A DNA stretch of 64,000 nt from Leucoraja ocellata (lineage: Eukaryota): positions 1,054,001 to 1,118,000 of the forward strand of contig JAWMAR010000391.1 in assembly GCA_036785375.1 (NCBI GenBank), given 5' to 3'. Below are positions 49,622 to 62,272 of this stretch, in pieces. Within the stretch, counting starts at the first letter, position 1. Each line of letters opens with the position of its first letter. The notes beneath the pieces were generated by a model. It saw only the letters and a list, made by a program, of their open reading frames with translations, did no database searches and had not been told where the DNA came from. The translations under genes and the position numbers were made by a program.

Positions 49622-49975
49622 GCATAGAAACATAGAAAATAGGTGCAGGGGTAGGCCATTCGGCCCTTCGAGCCTGCACCACCATTCAATATGATCATGG
49701 CTGATCATCCAACTCGGTATCCCATCCCTGCCTTCTCTCCATACCCCCTGATCCCTTTAGCCACAAGGGCCACATCCAACTCCCTCTTAAATATAGCCAA
49801 TGAACTGGCCTCAACTACCTTCTGTGGCAGAGAATTCCAGAGATTCACCACTCTCTGTCTCAAAAATGATTTTCTCATCTCGGTCCTAAAAAACTTCCCT
49901 CTCATCCTTAAACTGTGACCCCTCGTTCTGGATTTCCCCCAACATCGGGAATAATCTTCCCTGCATCTAGCCTGC
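49622..49975 (-). mobile_element. Young CR1/HER1 LINE 3' end
   Basis: MRGKFFRTEMRKSFLRQRVVNLWNSLPQKVVEASSLAIFKRELD, with a (catagaaa)2 tail. Confidence 0.9.
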
Positions 49976-50323
49976 CCTCATCTGCCTGGCAGTGATTCGG
50001 CTTGTGTAGAAGTCTCAAAGGTTTCTGATAGCTGGGGACTGCTTTTCTATAAGCCAAGCTCCTGGTAGGTCTACTAACAATGTCTGGTCTCTAAATTGTC
50101 GTCAGAGGATTTTGAATTCTGTATCTGTCCTAGCCCAAAGATGGCAACAACAGAAACCCAGGGAGTTTTTGTGGGCTCATATCTGTTATTTAGTTTTAAG
50201 CCAATGATGATGGTAGGGTGCCTGGCATATTACCTTGCTGTTGGTGCCTGTGGAATAGCTACAAACTGTCCTGGACCTTTTAATAATCAGCTCATTGTTA
50301 GTTTGCCTCTCACGCCATTCTTA

Positions 50324-50791
50324 AGGGGCTGTTCCACTGTGGCGACCTAATTGGCGAGTTTGAAAAATTGTCATGTTGAAGACCTTCTTCAACTATGTTG
50401 AAGACCGGCTTCAACTAGCTTCGGGAAAATTGGACACCGAATAGTGGAGAGTGAAGACGATCTCCTTCGACATCCCTTCGACTACCTTTGATTACCCTTG
50501 ATTGCCTACCAATAACATGCCGACCTAGTTCGACAGAACCTACGAGTAAAAAGTATTGATTTTTAAAAACAAATTCTCCCATGGCAACCTATTTTTACAT
50601 GCGGGCATTTTTCAACATGTTAAAAAATACGCCGTACCCTAGCTGAGGCCTTGAGTATGCGGGGACTACTCTCGAGCATGAAGGAGAGTTACAAAGACCT
50701 CCTAGGACCTCGTGTCAACCATGCTGCGAGTATGAGTCGAGGGCAAAGTCGCCAGAACCCGCGGATTAGATCGCCGCAGTGGGACAGCCCT
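50324..50791. mobile_element. Harbinger-like non-autonomous DNA transposon
   Basis: TIRs aggggctgttccactgtggcgacctaat / attagatcgccgcagtgggacagccct; TTA on both sides (50321-50323, 50792-50794). Confidence 0.75.
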
Positions 50792-51789
50792 TTACCTTTG
50801 AATCAGTCAAATCCCATTTCAGGTTCTTGAACGAACATTTCTGGCTAAAACTCAGTAATAAGGAGTAACTGAATACAATCCAGAAGGATACAACCAAATA
50901 TGTAGTGAGGTTTTCGGGATGACTAAAATTTCTTGCATTCGTTTTTACTTTTCCTGCAGACTGACAAAGAGCGATTTTGTTTTTTCGTTCCATGGTCCAT
51001 TTCATAGATTAATGCTAAATTTGTTTAAATTGAGGATGAGGAAATATTGTATAATTTGTATGCATTTTGCAGTGCTGTTATGGTTTGTATTCTTCATGTT
51101 GGTCAAATTGGGACTTTTTTTCTTTGTAAATGCAGAATAGCTTTGGCTTGACCTGCTCGAATTACCCACTGTAATAGTCATCTGTTAATGTCCTAATTCA
51201 GAGTGTTTGTTGTGAAGGTAGAAAGAAGTATCTCATTCCTCATTGAAATCTTGTATTGATTTCTGTGCCGTACATCTCGTTCAACAGCTGCTGTTCTGGA
51301 GCATGTGAGCAAACCCTGTAATGGATAGATGAATCTACGCACGGCCCTTTCACAGTGGCAGTGTAAAATGCTGCTACATATGGACAACCTTAACTGATTG
51401 TAAATCTGATTAGTATTGGCTAGTTCTTGGCTTTCATCTCACAGGAAGCTAATTGTGTTATATAAGGGAATCTGACAAGAGACTTGTTTAAGCAATAGTG
51501 CTTCAGTGGCATTGTGCTAAGACAAAAGCAAGCTGCATTTTACATTCACAGTAAAATCGGGTGCATTAGCAACCCTAAAAGTGTGAAATGCCATTAAGTT
51601 TCCTCCATAAATTTTCTGTTAAAATAAACAGATTTTTTTTTAAATGACAGATTTGGTTTTTCGACTTTGATTCCGGCAAGTTTAACTTTGAATTGGCGAA
51701 TATATTTCTGACATATTCATCTTGCACTGAGCTTTCTTGTCATTTTGCGGAAACCAACTATGACTACTAAGATGTATTTTGAATTGATT

Positions 51790-52280
51790 GGTAGGAAAGA
51801 ACTGCAGATGCTGGTTTAAATCAAAGGTAAACACAAAATGCTGGAGTAACTCAACGGGACAGGAAGCATCTTTGGAGAGAAGGAATGGGTGACGTTTCGG
51901 GTCGAGACCCTTCAGACTGATGTCGGGAGTGGGCAGGGCAGAAATAGAATGTAGTCGGAGACAGTAAAACTGGTGGGAAAACTGGGATGGGGGAGAGGAT
52001 AGGGAGTGGGGGAATGCAGGGAGAGAAGGGGGGGGGGGGGGGGGGTTAAAGTGCTGAGCAACCGGGAGATCAGGTAGGTTAAGGCGGACTGAGCGGAGGT
52101 GTTCCTCAAAGTGAGCACCAAGCCTGCGCTTGGTCTTGCCGATGTACAGGAGTTGACACCTGGAACATTGGATATAGTAGATGAGGTTGGAAGAGGTGCG
52201 AGTGAACCCCTGCCTCACCTGGAAAGACTGTCGGGGTTCTTGGAGTCGAGGGGGGAGGTAAATGGACAGGTGTTGCACTT
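51790..52280 (-). mobile_element. Penelope-like retroelement 3' fragment: GIY-YIG endonuclease plus terminal repeat
   Basis: SNLIYYIQCSRCQLLYIGKTKRRLGAHFEEHLRSV...LPVAQHFN (GIY-YIG with CxxC), then a pyrimidine tract and gggtctcgacccgaaacgtcacccattcc...ccagcatctgcagttc. Confidence 0.9.
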
Positions 52281-54060
52281 GATTGATACTGTTTAGATGT
52301 TATGTCATGAAGTTGTTTTTGTCAATGCTTCATCCTTATAATGGACATTTTGTATTTGGGGTAAATGTTTCTCAGAAACATTTCACCCTCGAGCACCTCC
52401 ACCAAAGAGGCAATTGTTCATGTGTGTGTTTTCATAGTGAATGTCAATAAACTGTTCAGCCTTTGAAGCATCAGTTATTTCTGTTTCAGCATTTGTTGTG
52501 CTGATATGCATCCATCCAGCATGGTCACTGCATGGAGGCTGGAAATAGGAATCAGGGCTCAACTTTTTCTGTCTTGACCCATGAGTATTGAGTTCAATTA
52601 TATTGACCAGTAATTGCTCCCCTCATAAATTTACCACATCCTAAGGATCTTTCTCACTTTTATTAGTGTGGATACTTGTGGGACAAACTCTCTGGGCTCT
52701 TGAGTAAGCTGCCTTGCAAGATGCTGTAAATGTTGAAACTGATTATTTTTTTGGCAGTGCTGACTCAGGAATGATTGTTATTTTCTTTCCCTGGTAAATT
52801 GTGTGCATCTTTTCACCAAGACGGATGATTGATTTCTGACATTTATTGCACCCCCTATGGGTTGGTTGATTATTAACTGGTCGCAATCTGTACTTTTTAC
52901 CCATTGATTAGTTTTTGAGTTTCTTTAATCCTTAAAGAGTTCGTATTGATCTATAAAACGTGTCTCTCTTTATGCAGAAACTTAGAATTAATTCCTCTGC
53001 ACATATTGATGAGTTACAAATTTTGCAGAGGTGTGAAATTTTTATGAGCCCTAATGTTGTTGGGGTTAGTAACACGCTTGTATGGGTTGTGTGGTAAGGC
53101 TCAGAAAGATCATTTATCCTGAGGGAAGTTTTGTCATTTGTAACTCTGCAATCCTGAAAGAGTTTGGAGTTCCTTTCAGGTCCTGGAGTGTGAGAAATGA
53201 CTCTCCTCACCAGGATCCTTTCAATTGCTGCTGGCAAAAACATCTGTGAGATGGTAACCACTTGTAATGGATAAGACAGTCTCACATTAGTGCAGTCCAT
53301 CATGTCAACTAAATGAGCAAGCTACTACAGGACTTATTTAGATTTCACAGCAAACATATCTGTCAAGATATTTTGCATGCGTTCAGTTTTACAGTGGCAG
53401 ACTATGTTACGGAAGCCTGTTTGTAGAAATAATGTCTACTGAATGCTCATGTCTGTATGCAGTTTACAGTGGTATAAAAAAGTTGGAGGAACATTAGTCA
53501 TCTTGGTTTCAAATAAGTTTTAGATCTAGTTTTAGATGTGTTTTTAAAAAGACCCTGAAATTTAATTTTGTGAATTATTAATTAATATATAATATAAACA
53601 GATATAATGTCAACATGATTGGACAAGTGATTGTGTTGATAACAAATCCTTGAGTACCGCAGGTTGGATTAGAAAAGGGAATTCGTAGTTCTTAAACTGC
53701 TTGAGAAATGTTTCCCAGACCCGCTCTTTTTAAAATCATTCACGTAAACACCTGTTTTGATTAACCTTTTGTGTGAGAACAGTTTTGTGAATGCTCGGAT
53801 ACTGTAACCAGCTGCTTCAGAGTTGGAGGGGAGTGATTTTGAACTTTACGTGAAAAATAATTTGTGAGATGTATTCATGTAAACTTTGTAATCCAACTGA
53901 ATCATTTCAAAAATCAACGTTTTTGGTTCTCATTGTATTATGAACTGGGGGTATTAGGAAATCTTTTTTGCACCTTCCTACAAAATCAGAGATTTGAGTT
54001 TTCTCAGAGGTTTCATTTCTTGTGCCTGAGTTTGTAAACGGGATGTTGCTTTTGTTTCAG

Positions 54061-54205
54061 GCATGTCTCCGTTTGAGGTTCAGCCAGTGCCCACGGTCGT
54101 GAGAGAAGGAGAAGTGGCACGTTTTATCTGTAAGATTCATGCAAATCCACCACCAATCATAACCTGGGAATTCAACCGGACAACACTACCCCTCGCTACC
54201 GACAG
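54061..54205 (+). CDS. PRTG: Protogenin exon 3 (Ig2, N-terminal half)
   Basis: Acceptor tttgtttcag| and donor AG|gtatt; 145 nt. [43 protein letters not shown]. Confidence 0.96.
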
Positions 54206-54754
54206 GTATTATTCGTGGGAAATCTGCAATTTCCCATCAAATTGTGAAAAGCAAAATCTGCATAATTAAATCTACTGTAATGTACAGTAAAACCCAAATT
54301 AACTGGCGTTCTCTGAACTGTGGGTGCAGGGCTGACAGATTATCTGGCCAATTGGTTGTTAATTCTACTAATACACCAATGTGTTTTAATTTCACTCTTT
54401 TGCGCGTTGCACAGTGGTATAAGTGTAAAAACTTTGTAAAAACTTTTTTGTGAACTTTTAGTGAGTAACAGGTTGTAAATTTTTGCTTGTTAAAATAAAC
54501 AAACACTTTAGTCCCTGGGCTCGAGCTGTAATCTTGCCCATGTGTCTGACCCCCTGGTGTGCTGGACCCCAACCCCAGCTTTGCCATGTGCTCTGTTTGT
54601 CCACCCGTCTCCGCTTGCACTCGGGACCCCGAGTTGCTGTCTAGAAAAATGAAGGAACCAAATGACAAACCAACAGAATTTTTGAACAATTAGACTGGAG
54701 TCACATAATTTAAATATAATAATTACTTCTGTGCAATTTTGCTTTTGTTTCTAT

Positions 54755-55074
54755 TTTAGTTTAGTTTTTTTAGTTTAGTTTAGTGATACAGGCCCTTCGG
54801 CCCATCGCGTCTGCACCGACCTGCAACCCCTGCACATTAACACTATCCTGCAGCCACTAGGGACAATTTACACTTATACCAAGCCAATTACCTGCAAACC
54901 TGTACGTCTATGGCGTGTGGGAGGAAACCAAAGATTCTCGGAGAAAACCCACGTGGTCACGGGGAGAACGTACGAACTCCATACAGACAGCACCCATAGT
55001 CTGGTTCAAACCTGGGTCTCTGCCGCTACAAGCGCTGTAAGGCAGCAACTCTACCGCTGCACCACCATGCTGCC
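54755..55074 (-). mobile_element. HE1-like tRNA-derived V-SINE
   Basis: Reverse-complement homologue of 13714-14010 with (TTTAG)n tail. Confidence 0.85.
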
Positions 55075-55207
55075 ATTTCTATTGTTAATAAAATGAAATT
55101 TTGCTCAGTAGCCCGAATCATTACCATTGTCATTACATTGTACTGGATTGTCGTGTAAATCTGCTTGTTCAGTGCCTTGTTTTAGAAGACTAAATTCCTC
55201 TTCTCAG

Positions 55208-55341
55208 GATAACCGTGCTGCCGACAGGAGTCCTTCAGATCTATGGTGTTGATAAACAACACACTGGACAGTATCGTTGTGTGGCGACCAACATCGCAAA
55301 TAGGCGGAGAAGTGCGGAAGCCATTTTAACTGTTATTCCAG
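55208..55341 (+). CDS. PRTG: Protogenin exon 4 (Ig2, C-terminal half)
   Basis: Acceptor ttctcag| and donor G|gtacat; 134 nt. [44 protein letters not shown]. Absent from the ORF track; translated by hand. Confidence 0.95.
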
Positions 55342-56122
55342 GTACATGATTGAGATGTTTTTCTTCCAACATAGTTTCCAGTAATTGGTTCCTATTAGAT
55401 TTTCCGTTGAACTTTGTATCTGAAGATAATTGTTCCATCTTTCTATAAGTCTGCATGTGCATTCTGTGCCAGGCAATGATTCAATAGATGAGTACAAGTT
55501 ATGTTTAACCATAGATGTGTTAAGAATATGGTAGTGGGACTCGTCAGCATCGCCTTGGCCCGCTAATGCCAAACGCATTTAAGATGTCATTGGTTTTCAG
55601 TCAAATTTCCAAAACTCTTGATAATTATGCTTTTACTGAAATAGGTGGAATTTTGTGTTTAAGGTGGAATTGGCTCCCTCTCTGATTTGGAAGGAAATAG
55701 CGCTTAGAATCTGCACAAGAGTTTTTTTTCAGACAATTAAAGTGACCAATTTTCCATAGTTATGATCAAATTGCCAATGGGGCTGCCCGATTTATTGTTC
55801 CAGATCAAGTTGGTATTTGAATTGTGATAATGTTACTTACTGTTAACACTTTTTAATCATTTGGGGTTCCATTAAAAAGGAAAAAGGAGGAAGTTTTATG
55901 TAAGAACACTCGTGTTACTTGATTTGATTGGATCCAATGGTTCTTTTGCCATTTCCTGGGGAATTTGATGCTACTTTGTAATTTTCATGAATTAGTGGTT
56001 GTTTTACATAATAATATCTCCTTAACACACCTATTTTAATTTTAACAAGTTTTTTTTCTAACTGCTTTGGTGGGGGTTGGAATTCTGCCATTGATCATTT
56101 ATCATTGATTTGTCACTGACAG

Positions 56123-56260
56123 CATGGGAGCCAAAGACATTGCAGAAACCAGTGATAATTGCAGGTCCCCAAAATATCACTGTGCCCGTACATCAAACAG
56201 CAATGCTGGAATGTGTTGCCATTGGTTCGCCCAAGCCCCTCGTGTCCTGGAGTCGTTTTG
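56123..56260 (+). CDS. PRTG: Protogenin exon 5 (Ig3, N-terminal half)
   Basis: Acceptor ctgacag| and donor G|gtgagt; 138 nt. KPVIIAGPQNITVPVHQTAMLECVAIGSPKPLVSWSR. Confidence 0.95.
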
Positions 56261-56484
56261 GTGAGTTTCCATTTCCTGTCTTTCGATTGATTGATTGACA
56301 CTTTATTGTCACATATTCTCAGTACAGTTTTTTTTTTTTAACTAATGTTATGAATGGCCTACTCCTGCGCTTATTTTCTATGTTTCTAAATGTGTTTAAG
56401 ATTTACTTCATAATTGCTATTATTGTTTGATTTCCATCTAAATTATCAAATTGTAATGGTTCATGCATATAAATTTCCAAACAG

Positions 56485-56643
56485 ATCACAGGTCTATTGA
56501 TGTCTTCAATACTCGTGTTCTGGGGAACGGGAATCTGATGATATCGGATGTGAAGGTTCAACATGCTGGAATATACGTGTGTCGGGCCACCACACCAGGC
56601 ACACGCAACTACACTGTTGCAACAGCTATGCTTACAGTGCTGG
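56485..56643 (+). CDS. PRTG: Protogenin exon 6 (Ig3, C-terminal half)
   Basis: Acceptor aaacag| and donor G|gtaaga; 159 nt. [46 protein letters not shown]. Confidence 0.96.
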
Positions 56644-56899
56644 GTAAGATAACAAACACACCATGATAAAGATTCTAGTTTTACCTAAATTTGTTTTTTT
56701 TAAAGGTGCTTACCACTGTTCTTCTGAACTTGAACAACAATATAAGTATGCTCATAATTTAAGTAAAAAAATTACACAATGTTTAGCCTCTATTGAACCA
56801 CTCTCAGAAACATCCCTTTATGTGCCGAGAATTGGGTTGGCGTCACCATTGTTTTAAGGATAAACAGGAAAATTGAGTCAGAACGTCATGAAGAATAGT

Positions 56900-57120
56900 C
56901 AATTAATATTTTTGGTGTGATTGGTTAAGGGAGGGGTATTGGCCTGGGAAAGCACCCTACTTCACTTCAGGTAGTGTCATGCATCCATTAGAAAATCTGA
57001 AGAGAGAGTGCTTTGACTGTGCAGTACTCCCTTTAGTACTGCACAAATGCTTTGGTTTAGATTATGTGCTCGGTCTCAGAAATGAGGGCACAGCCATCCA
57101 AGCCAAGTTGACAGGAATGG
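56900..57120 (-). mobile_element. Degraded Deu-domain SINE
   Basis: ttggttaagggaggggtattggcc...gactgtgcagtactccctttagtactgcac...tagattatgtgctc. Confidence 0.55.
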
Positions 57121-57998
57121 TATTTTGTTTACTGTTATTTACAAAAAGAGCAAAGCTTTTTAAAAGGTAATGAAATGGAGCTGGTATCCATGAAAGAATG
57201 TGGATGAACAGTGGACATTCCATAAGGGACTGCTGAGTAGTGGGATGATAACTAACAGAAGCTACTGAATTGGTTTGTGTGAAAGGCTTTGGTCGATAAT
57301 GAAAAGAAAACACGAAACCTTTATTGAAACAAAACACCAGAATCTTGTTCATTAGCATTGTCCTTGATACATGTTTAGCCACTCATGTGTTCCCTTTTGT
57401 TTATTTTTGATTCATTTTTGTTTCAGATTTGGATGTGAAAGATAAGGTGTCAATAGAGGCAATTTATAGTTTTTTTTTAATACATTTTATTTGTCAGTGT
57501 ACATTATCAAAATGAAGAATGCTACTATTGTACAAGATGAAACACTTATCTAATTTGGGCACAAGATAACAGCATGAAAAATGTCAGCGTGGTTTAGCAT
57601 AGTTAGTTGCACAATAATGATCAGTTGGGAATGGTTTGAGCTTCTCCTAAACCATACTTGCTATTCTGAAGCCCCCTCCAATTAAAAAAAAAGTCACACT
57701 CCCTTTTCTTGCAACTTTGACCTTTTGCCTGTGTCAGTTCATCACCGGCTCATCATACTTTAGCAAATTTTTCAGCCCCCCCCCCCCCCCCCCCCCCCCT
57801 CCAAAAATGTGTATTTTTGATGGTTAGATTTTAATTAATTTTTTTTAATATTTTTATTTATTAGAAGCAAATGTACAAGAATAGAACCAATGGCATATAA
57901 AATAATAGTTATTCTACAGCTTCAATTTGAGTGAGACGCGCAACACATTTTCCAGAGCAAAAGAAAGGTCTCAAAGATGTTTTCCATGTTGTATGCAG

Positions 57999-58161
57999 CA
58001 CCACCCTCCTTTGTCGAGTGGCCCGAGAGTCTGACACGCCCGCGTGCTGGTACAGCCAGGTTTATGTGTCAGGCGGAAGGTATTCCTACACCAAAAATTA
58101 GTTGGCTGAAGAACGGACAACGGATTCATTCCAATGGACGTATCAAGGTCCAGTATAGCAG
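57999..58161 (+). CDS. PRTG: Protogenin exon 7 (Ig4, N-terminal half)
   Basis: Acceptor tatgcag| and donor AG|gtggg; 163 nt. [40 protein letters not shown]. Confidence 0.95.
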
Positions 58162-58479
58162 GTGGGCTTTTTTGTTTTAAAAATCTTGCTAATGGAATAA
58201 TTTTTTTAAAATGATGTTATTGCGTTTGAAAAATGTCTACTATTTTGTTTTTAGCCTGAAGTGTAGCTGCTTATGCAATAGTTTGGTCGGTTAAACTTCG
58301 TGAACAACGGTTTAACTAGAAAGTCAACTGTCTTGATTAAAGCATTTTCTGGGCTGTAAAAATTAAAACTCTTTTAAGCCAAATTTGAGTAACTATTTTT
58401 ACCAGAACTGCTTGACTTTTATGTAATGTATATACAAATTATGATGGTATACATTATAATGATGTATATAAAAAACTAT

Positions 58480-60180
58480 GATAGCACAGAAACTTGCCCT
58501 GAGGCCCAATTTGTCCATGCCAAGATGTCCCATTTACGCAAGTCCCATCTGCCCATGTTTGGCCCATATCCCGCAAAACATTTCGGATCCATATCCCTGT
58601 TCAAATGTTTTAAATGTTGTTATAATACCTGTCTTAACTACCTCTTCGGGCAGCTCATTCCAAAATGCCTTCCACCCTCTGAGTGGAAAAGGTTACCCTT
58701 CAGGTTCCCATTAAAACTTTCTCCTCTCTGTTTAAACCTATGTCCTCTGGTTCTTGATTCTGCTACTCTCTAAAAAATCTGCGCATTCACCCATGATTTT
58801 ATAAACCTCTAATACGATCACCTCTCAACTTCCTGCGCTCCAATGATATAATGTCCAAGCCTGCCCAACCTCTCCCTATAGCTCAGACCCTCGAGTCCTG
58901 GCAACATCCTCATAAATATTTTCTTTTACTTTTTCCAGCTTAATGGCATCCTTCTATAGTAGGGTGACCAAAACTGAACTTAGTGCTCCAAATGCTGCCT
59001 CGCCAACATCTTGTGTAACGATATCATAACAATATTCAATACCGTGACTGAAGAAGGAGAAGGACAATGTACCAAAGGCTTTTATAACTATCCTATCTAC
59101 CTGTAACACCACTTTCAGGGAACTATGTATCTGCACTCCAGAATCCTACTGCTCTACAACACTCCTCGGGGTCCTGCCTTGGTTTGACTTCCCAAAATGT
59201 ATCACCTCGCACTTATCTCCATTAAACTCCATTAACCATTCCTCAGCCCACCTGCCCAGCTGATCAAAATACTGTTGTAATTTTTGATAACCATCTTCGC
59301 TATCTACGATACCACCCACTTTAGTGACATATGCAAACTTACTAATTATGCATGCGCATTCTCATCTAAATCGTTAACGTGAGCCATAAATGCCAATGGG
59401 CCCAGCACCAATCCCTGAAGCACACCTACTCTAGGGCCTCCAGTCTGAAAACAACCTTCTACCATCACCCTCCGCCCCAGCGCAGAGGGAGAAGAGGAGG
59501 GAAGAGACTGCGACCTAAGACTTTTGCCTCCATCACAGTGAGAAGATGCTGGGTGGACTCACTGTGGTGGATGTTAATGTGTGTTTATTGTTGTTTTATT
59601 GTTGTTTTATTGTATGGTATTATATGTATGACTGCTGCAATTTCGTTCAGACTTCGGTCTGAATGACAATAAAAGGCTATCTATCTATCTTCCATGAAGC
59701 CAATTCTCTATCTAGTCAGCTCGCTCTCCCTGGATTCAGTGTGATATAACCTTCTAGAGAAGCATACTATGCAGAACTTTATTAAATGTCTTGCTGAAGT
59801 CCATATGGAATATGTCTTATCACTTTGCCCTCGTAAACCTTTTTGGTGACTTCTTCAAAAAACTCAATCAGATTCGTATGACATGATCTCGTGTGTACAA
59901 AACTATGTTGACTATTGCTAATCAGCCTCTGTCTATCCAAATACATATATGTCTTACAACCTCAGAATCCTCTCCAGTCACTTGCCTACCACCATCTATA
60001 GTTCCAAAGCATTTCCTTGCAGCCCTTCTGAGGCACAACATTAGCCAGCTTTCAGTCTACCGGTACTTCAACCATGTCTAATGATGATTCATATACCTCA
60101 GTCAGGGCTCATGCAATTTCTTCTCCAGCTTCCCACAGTGTCCTCAGATTTATCTGATCAGGCCTGGGAGATATATCTAC
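58480..60180 (-). mobile_element. CR1/HER1 LINE 3' portion (about 1.7 kb) with a nested plus-strand LINE tail (about 59470-59690)
   Basis: Degenerate RT and C-terminal remnants (QIHSSLKVxxQVDRxVxKAFGTL; fAyvTKVGG). The nested tail ends aatgacaataaaagg(ctat)n. Confidence 0.85.
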
Positions 60181-61774
60181 TTGATCTAAAATGTATTCCA
60201 CCCTTGGTGGTAAAATCCTTATGTGGATGAAGTGAGGGTGTGAATGAGTCTGACCAGAATGGTATGGGCCCCATCCAATACAAATCCATATGTTTAATTG
60301 AAATATGAATCAGAAACTCATAGTCAGATTTTCACAGGTTCTGGGTGGTAGCAACATTGATATTAAGGAACAGAAAGCTCTGTTAATTTGTACACCATTG
60401 TTGATTGTCAGCATGGTTTGCAGTGACCAGGTGCTCCTTTATAATGCAGTATTATTTTCAGTACATCACAACTAAATGATGCCAAATGCATCCTTGGCTT
60501 TGTGAAAACTAAAGAAAGCTGAAGGAATCACATTATAGTTGTGCCCAGAGTATCAAACTTCAGTTAAAGTCATGGACATTTTGCTCGCTAAGCAAGCCTC
60601 AGTGGGTTCCAGGTACATTCACTCATGTTTGCTGGGGTGGTGTGGTTGAAATTATCCGGGATGGAAAAGAAGAATCGTTTACACTTCCTGCATTTGCATT
60701 TGACAGTGTGATGGATGTGAATGGAATCAGGCTGCGAGCAAGGACTGTTGTAGAACTGGGAGTGGACAAAGTCCATGCAGAACACTGCTTACCAACACCT
60801 GATTCTGAACTTTCTCGTCCAGTTTAGGAAACTTGGGTCAGTCAGCTATTTTTAATGGGAACATGGCTGCCTGTATTGTTGGAGGTCTCCATTAAAATAT
60901 TAAAAGACTTAAAGAGATAGTTTTGCACGGACTGGCCATCGCTGATAAGAAATGACACGAATAGGGCAACCTTCTTGTAGGTGCTGTGTTGACAGCTTTT
61001 TATGGTAAACGTGTTGAGATGGCAAATCATAAACATCTTTGACATCCCAATGAACGTGGATGTTAAGGAGTTTTGCATTCCAATGTAGTGAAAACATAAC
61101 CATTCTCCGAGGAATAACCAAGGAGATATTCGTGTGCATGAGTTTTTGGCCTTAATTATGATATCATATTGCCATATTAAAGAGCTGGTGTATGGCTTTG
61201 TGTGCTAGACTTGCTGATGCAAGCCTGAGTCCAGCACAATGAATTTAATCAATGACAGGCTGACAAACCTCAGATGGAGCCACTTATCTGTACAGTGCAG
61301 ATAACCAATAAAGTTGCATGAACCAGCTCGTTTTGCAACTTATGAACAGTTGCCATAAGCTAAAAGTAGAGTATTATCCCTACGGGTCATTGTTTACAAG
61401 ACATGAAAGCAGGTGTCATCCCACCAAGGAGTTCCAAGTTGACTTTGTGAATAGCTGCACTAAAGGGCACATTTGAGAGGGTCTTCATTGAAAGCTGCTT
61501 GCTTGAACTGAATTGAACCAGTTTTGCACTGAAATTAAATATTTTTGTACAAATGAAGTTCATGTGGGTAGTAGACTTGTGTGGGTGGTAAATCAGTCAC
61601 ACTGTTATAATTTTCTTCTGTACAATTCCAAATATTAATATCCAAGGTATGACCTTTTTAAAACGTTCAAATATAAATTGGTGAATAACTGAACTTGGTT
61701 ATTTACAATAAATATTGTCAGTTTTGTTATCGTTGATAATTTGGTTAATAAAACATTATTCTTTTTATTTTAAG

Positions 61775-62022
61775 CAAATTGGTGATAAACCAGATCATTC
61801 CTGAAGATGATGCCATTTACCAGTGTGTGGCTGAAAATGAACAAGGATCGGTTCTTTCAGTGGCCAGATTGATTGTTATAATGTCTGAAGACAGACCAAG
61901 TGCACCTCGAAACATCCAGGCTGAAACTGTGTCGAGTTCAGGGATTCTTCTGTCTTGGCAAAGGCCCATGTACAATTCCGATAAAGTAATTGCATACTCT
62001 GTCCATTACATGAAAGCTGAAG
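61775..62022 (+). CDS. PRTG: Protogenin exon 8 (end of Ig4, start of FN3-1)
   Basis: Acceptor ttttaag| and donor G|gtgagc; 248 nt. [21 protein letters not shown]...[10 protein letters not shown]...[14 protein letters not shown]. Confidence 0.96.
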
Positions 62023-62134
62023 GTGAGCCTTGAATATCGTTCTGACACTTGGAGCCAATGTTGCTTAAGAGTCTCTCTCCTTCAGCCAACACTGAGTTCG
62101 AAGCTTTTAAATAAAATTATCTCCCTCTGTGCTG

Positions 62135-62272
62135 CTCTCTCTCTCTCTCTCTCTGTGTCTTTCTACCTCTGTCTGTGTGTGTGTGCGTCTCTCTCTCTCT
62201 CGGTCTGTGCGAGTGTGTGTTTCCCTCTCTCTGTTTGTGTGTTTGTTTGTGTATGTCTCTTTGTATGTCTGT
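62135..62272. repeat. (CT)n/(GT)n compound low-complexity tract
   Basis: Direct reading. Confidence 0.9.

Noticed and set aside
51880-51920. Active hammerhead in the terminal repeat of the endonuclease-bearing Penelope-like copy
   Set aside because: The minus strand reads CUGAAGGGUC, so the CUGANGA core has lost bases; the copies at 31099 and 47744 also have core mutations.
51682-52278. 198-aa minus-strand ORF, the longest in the track, as a host gene
   Set aside because: It is a GIY-YIG fragment of a Penelope-like element reading through poly-C and the terminal repeat; it has no RT and no gene structure.
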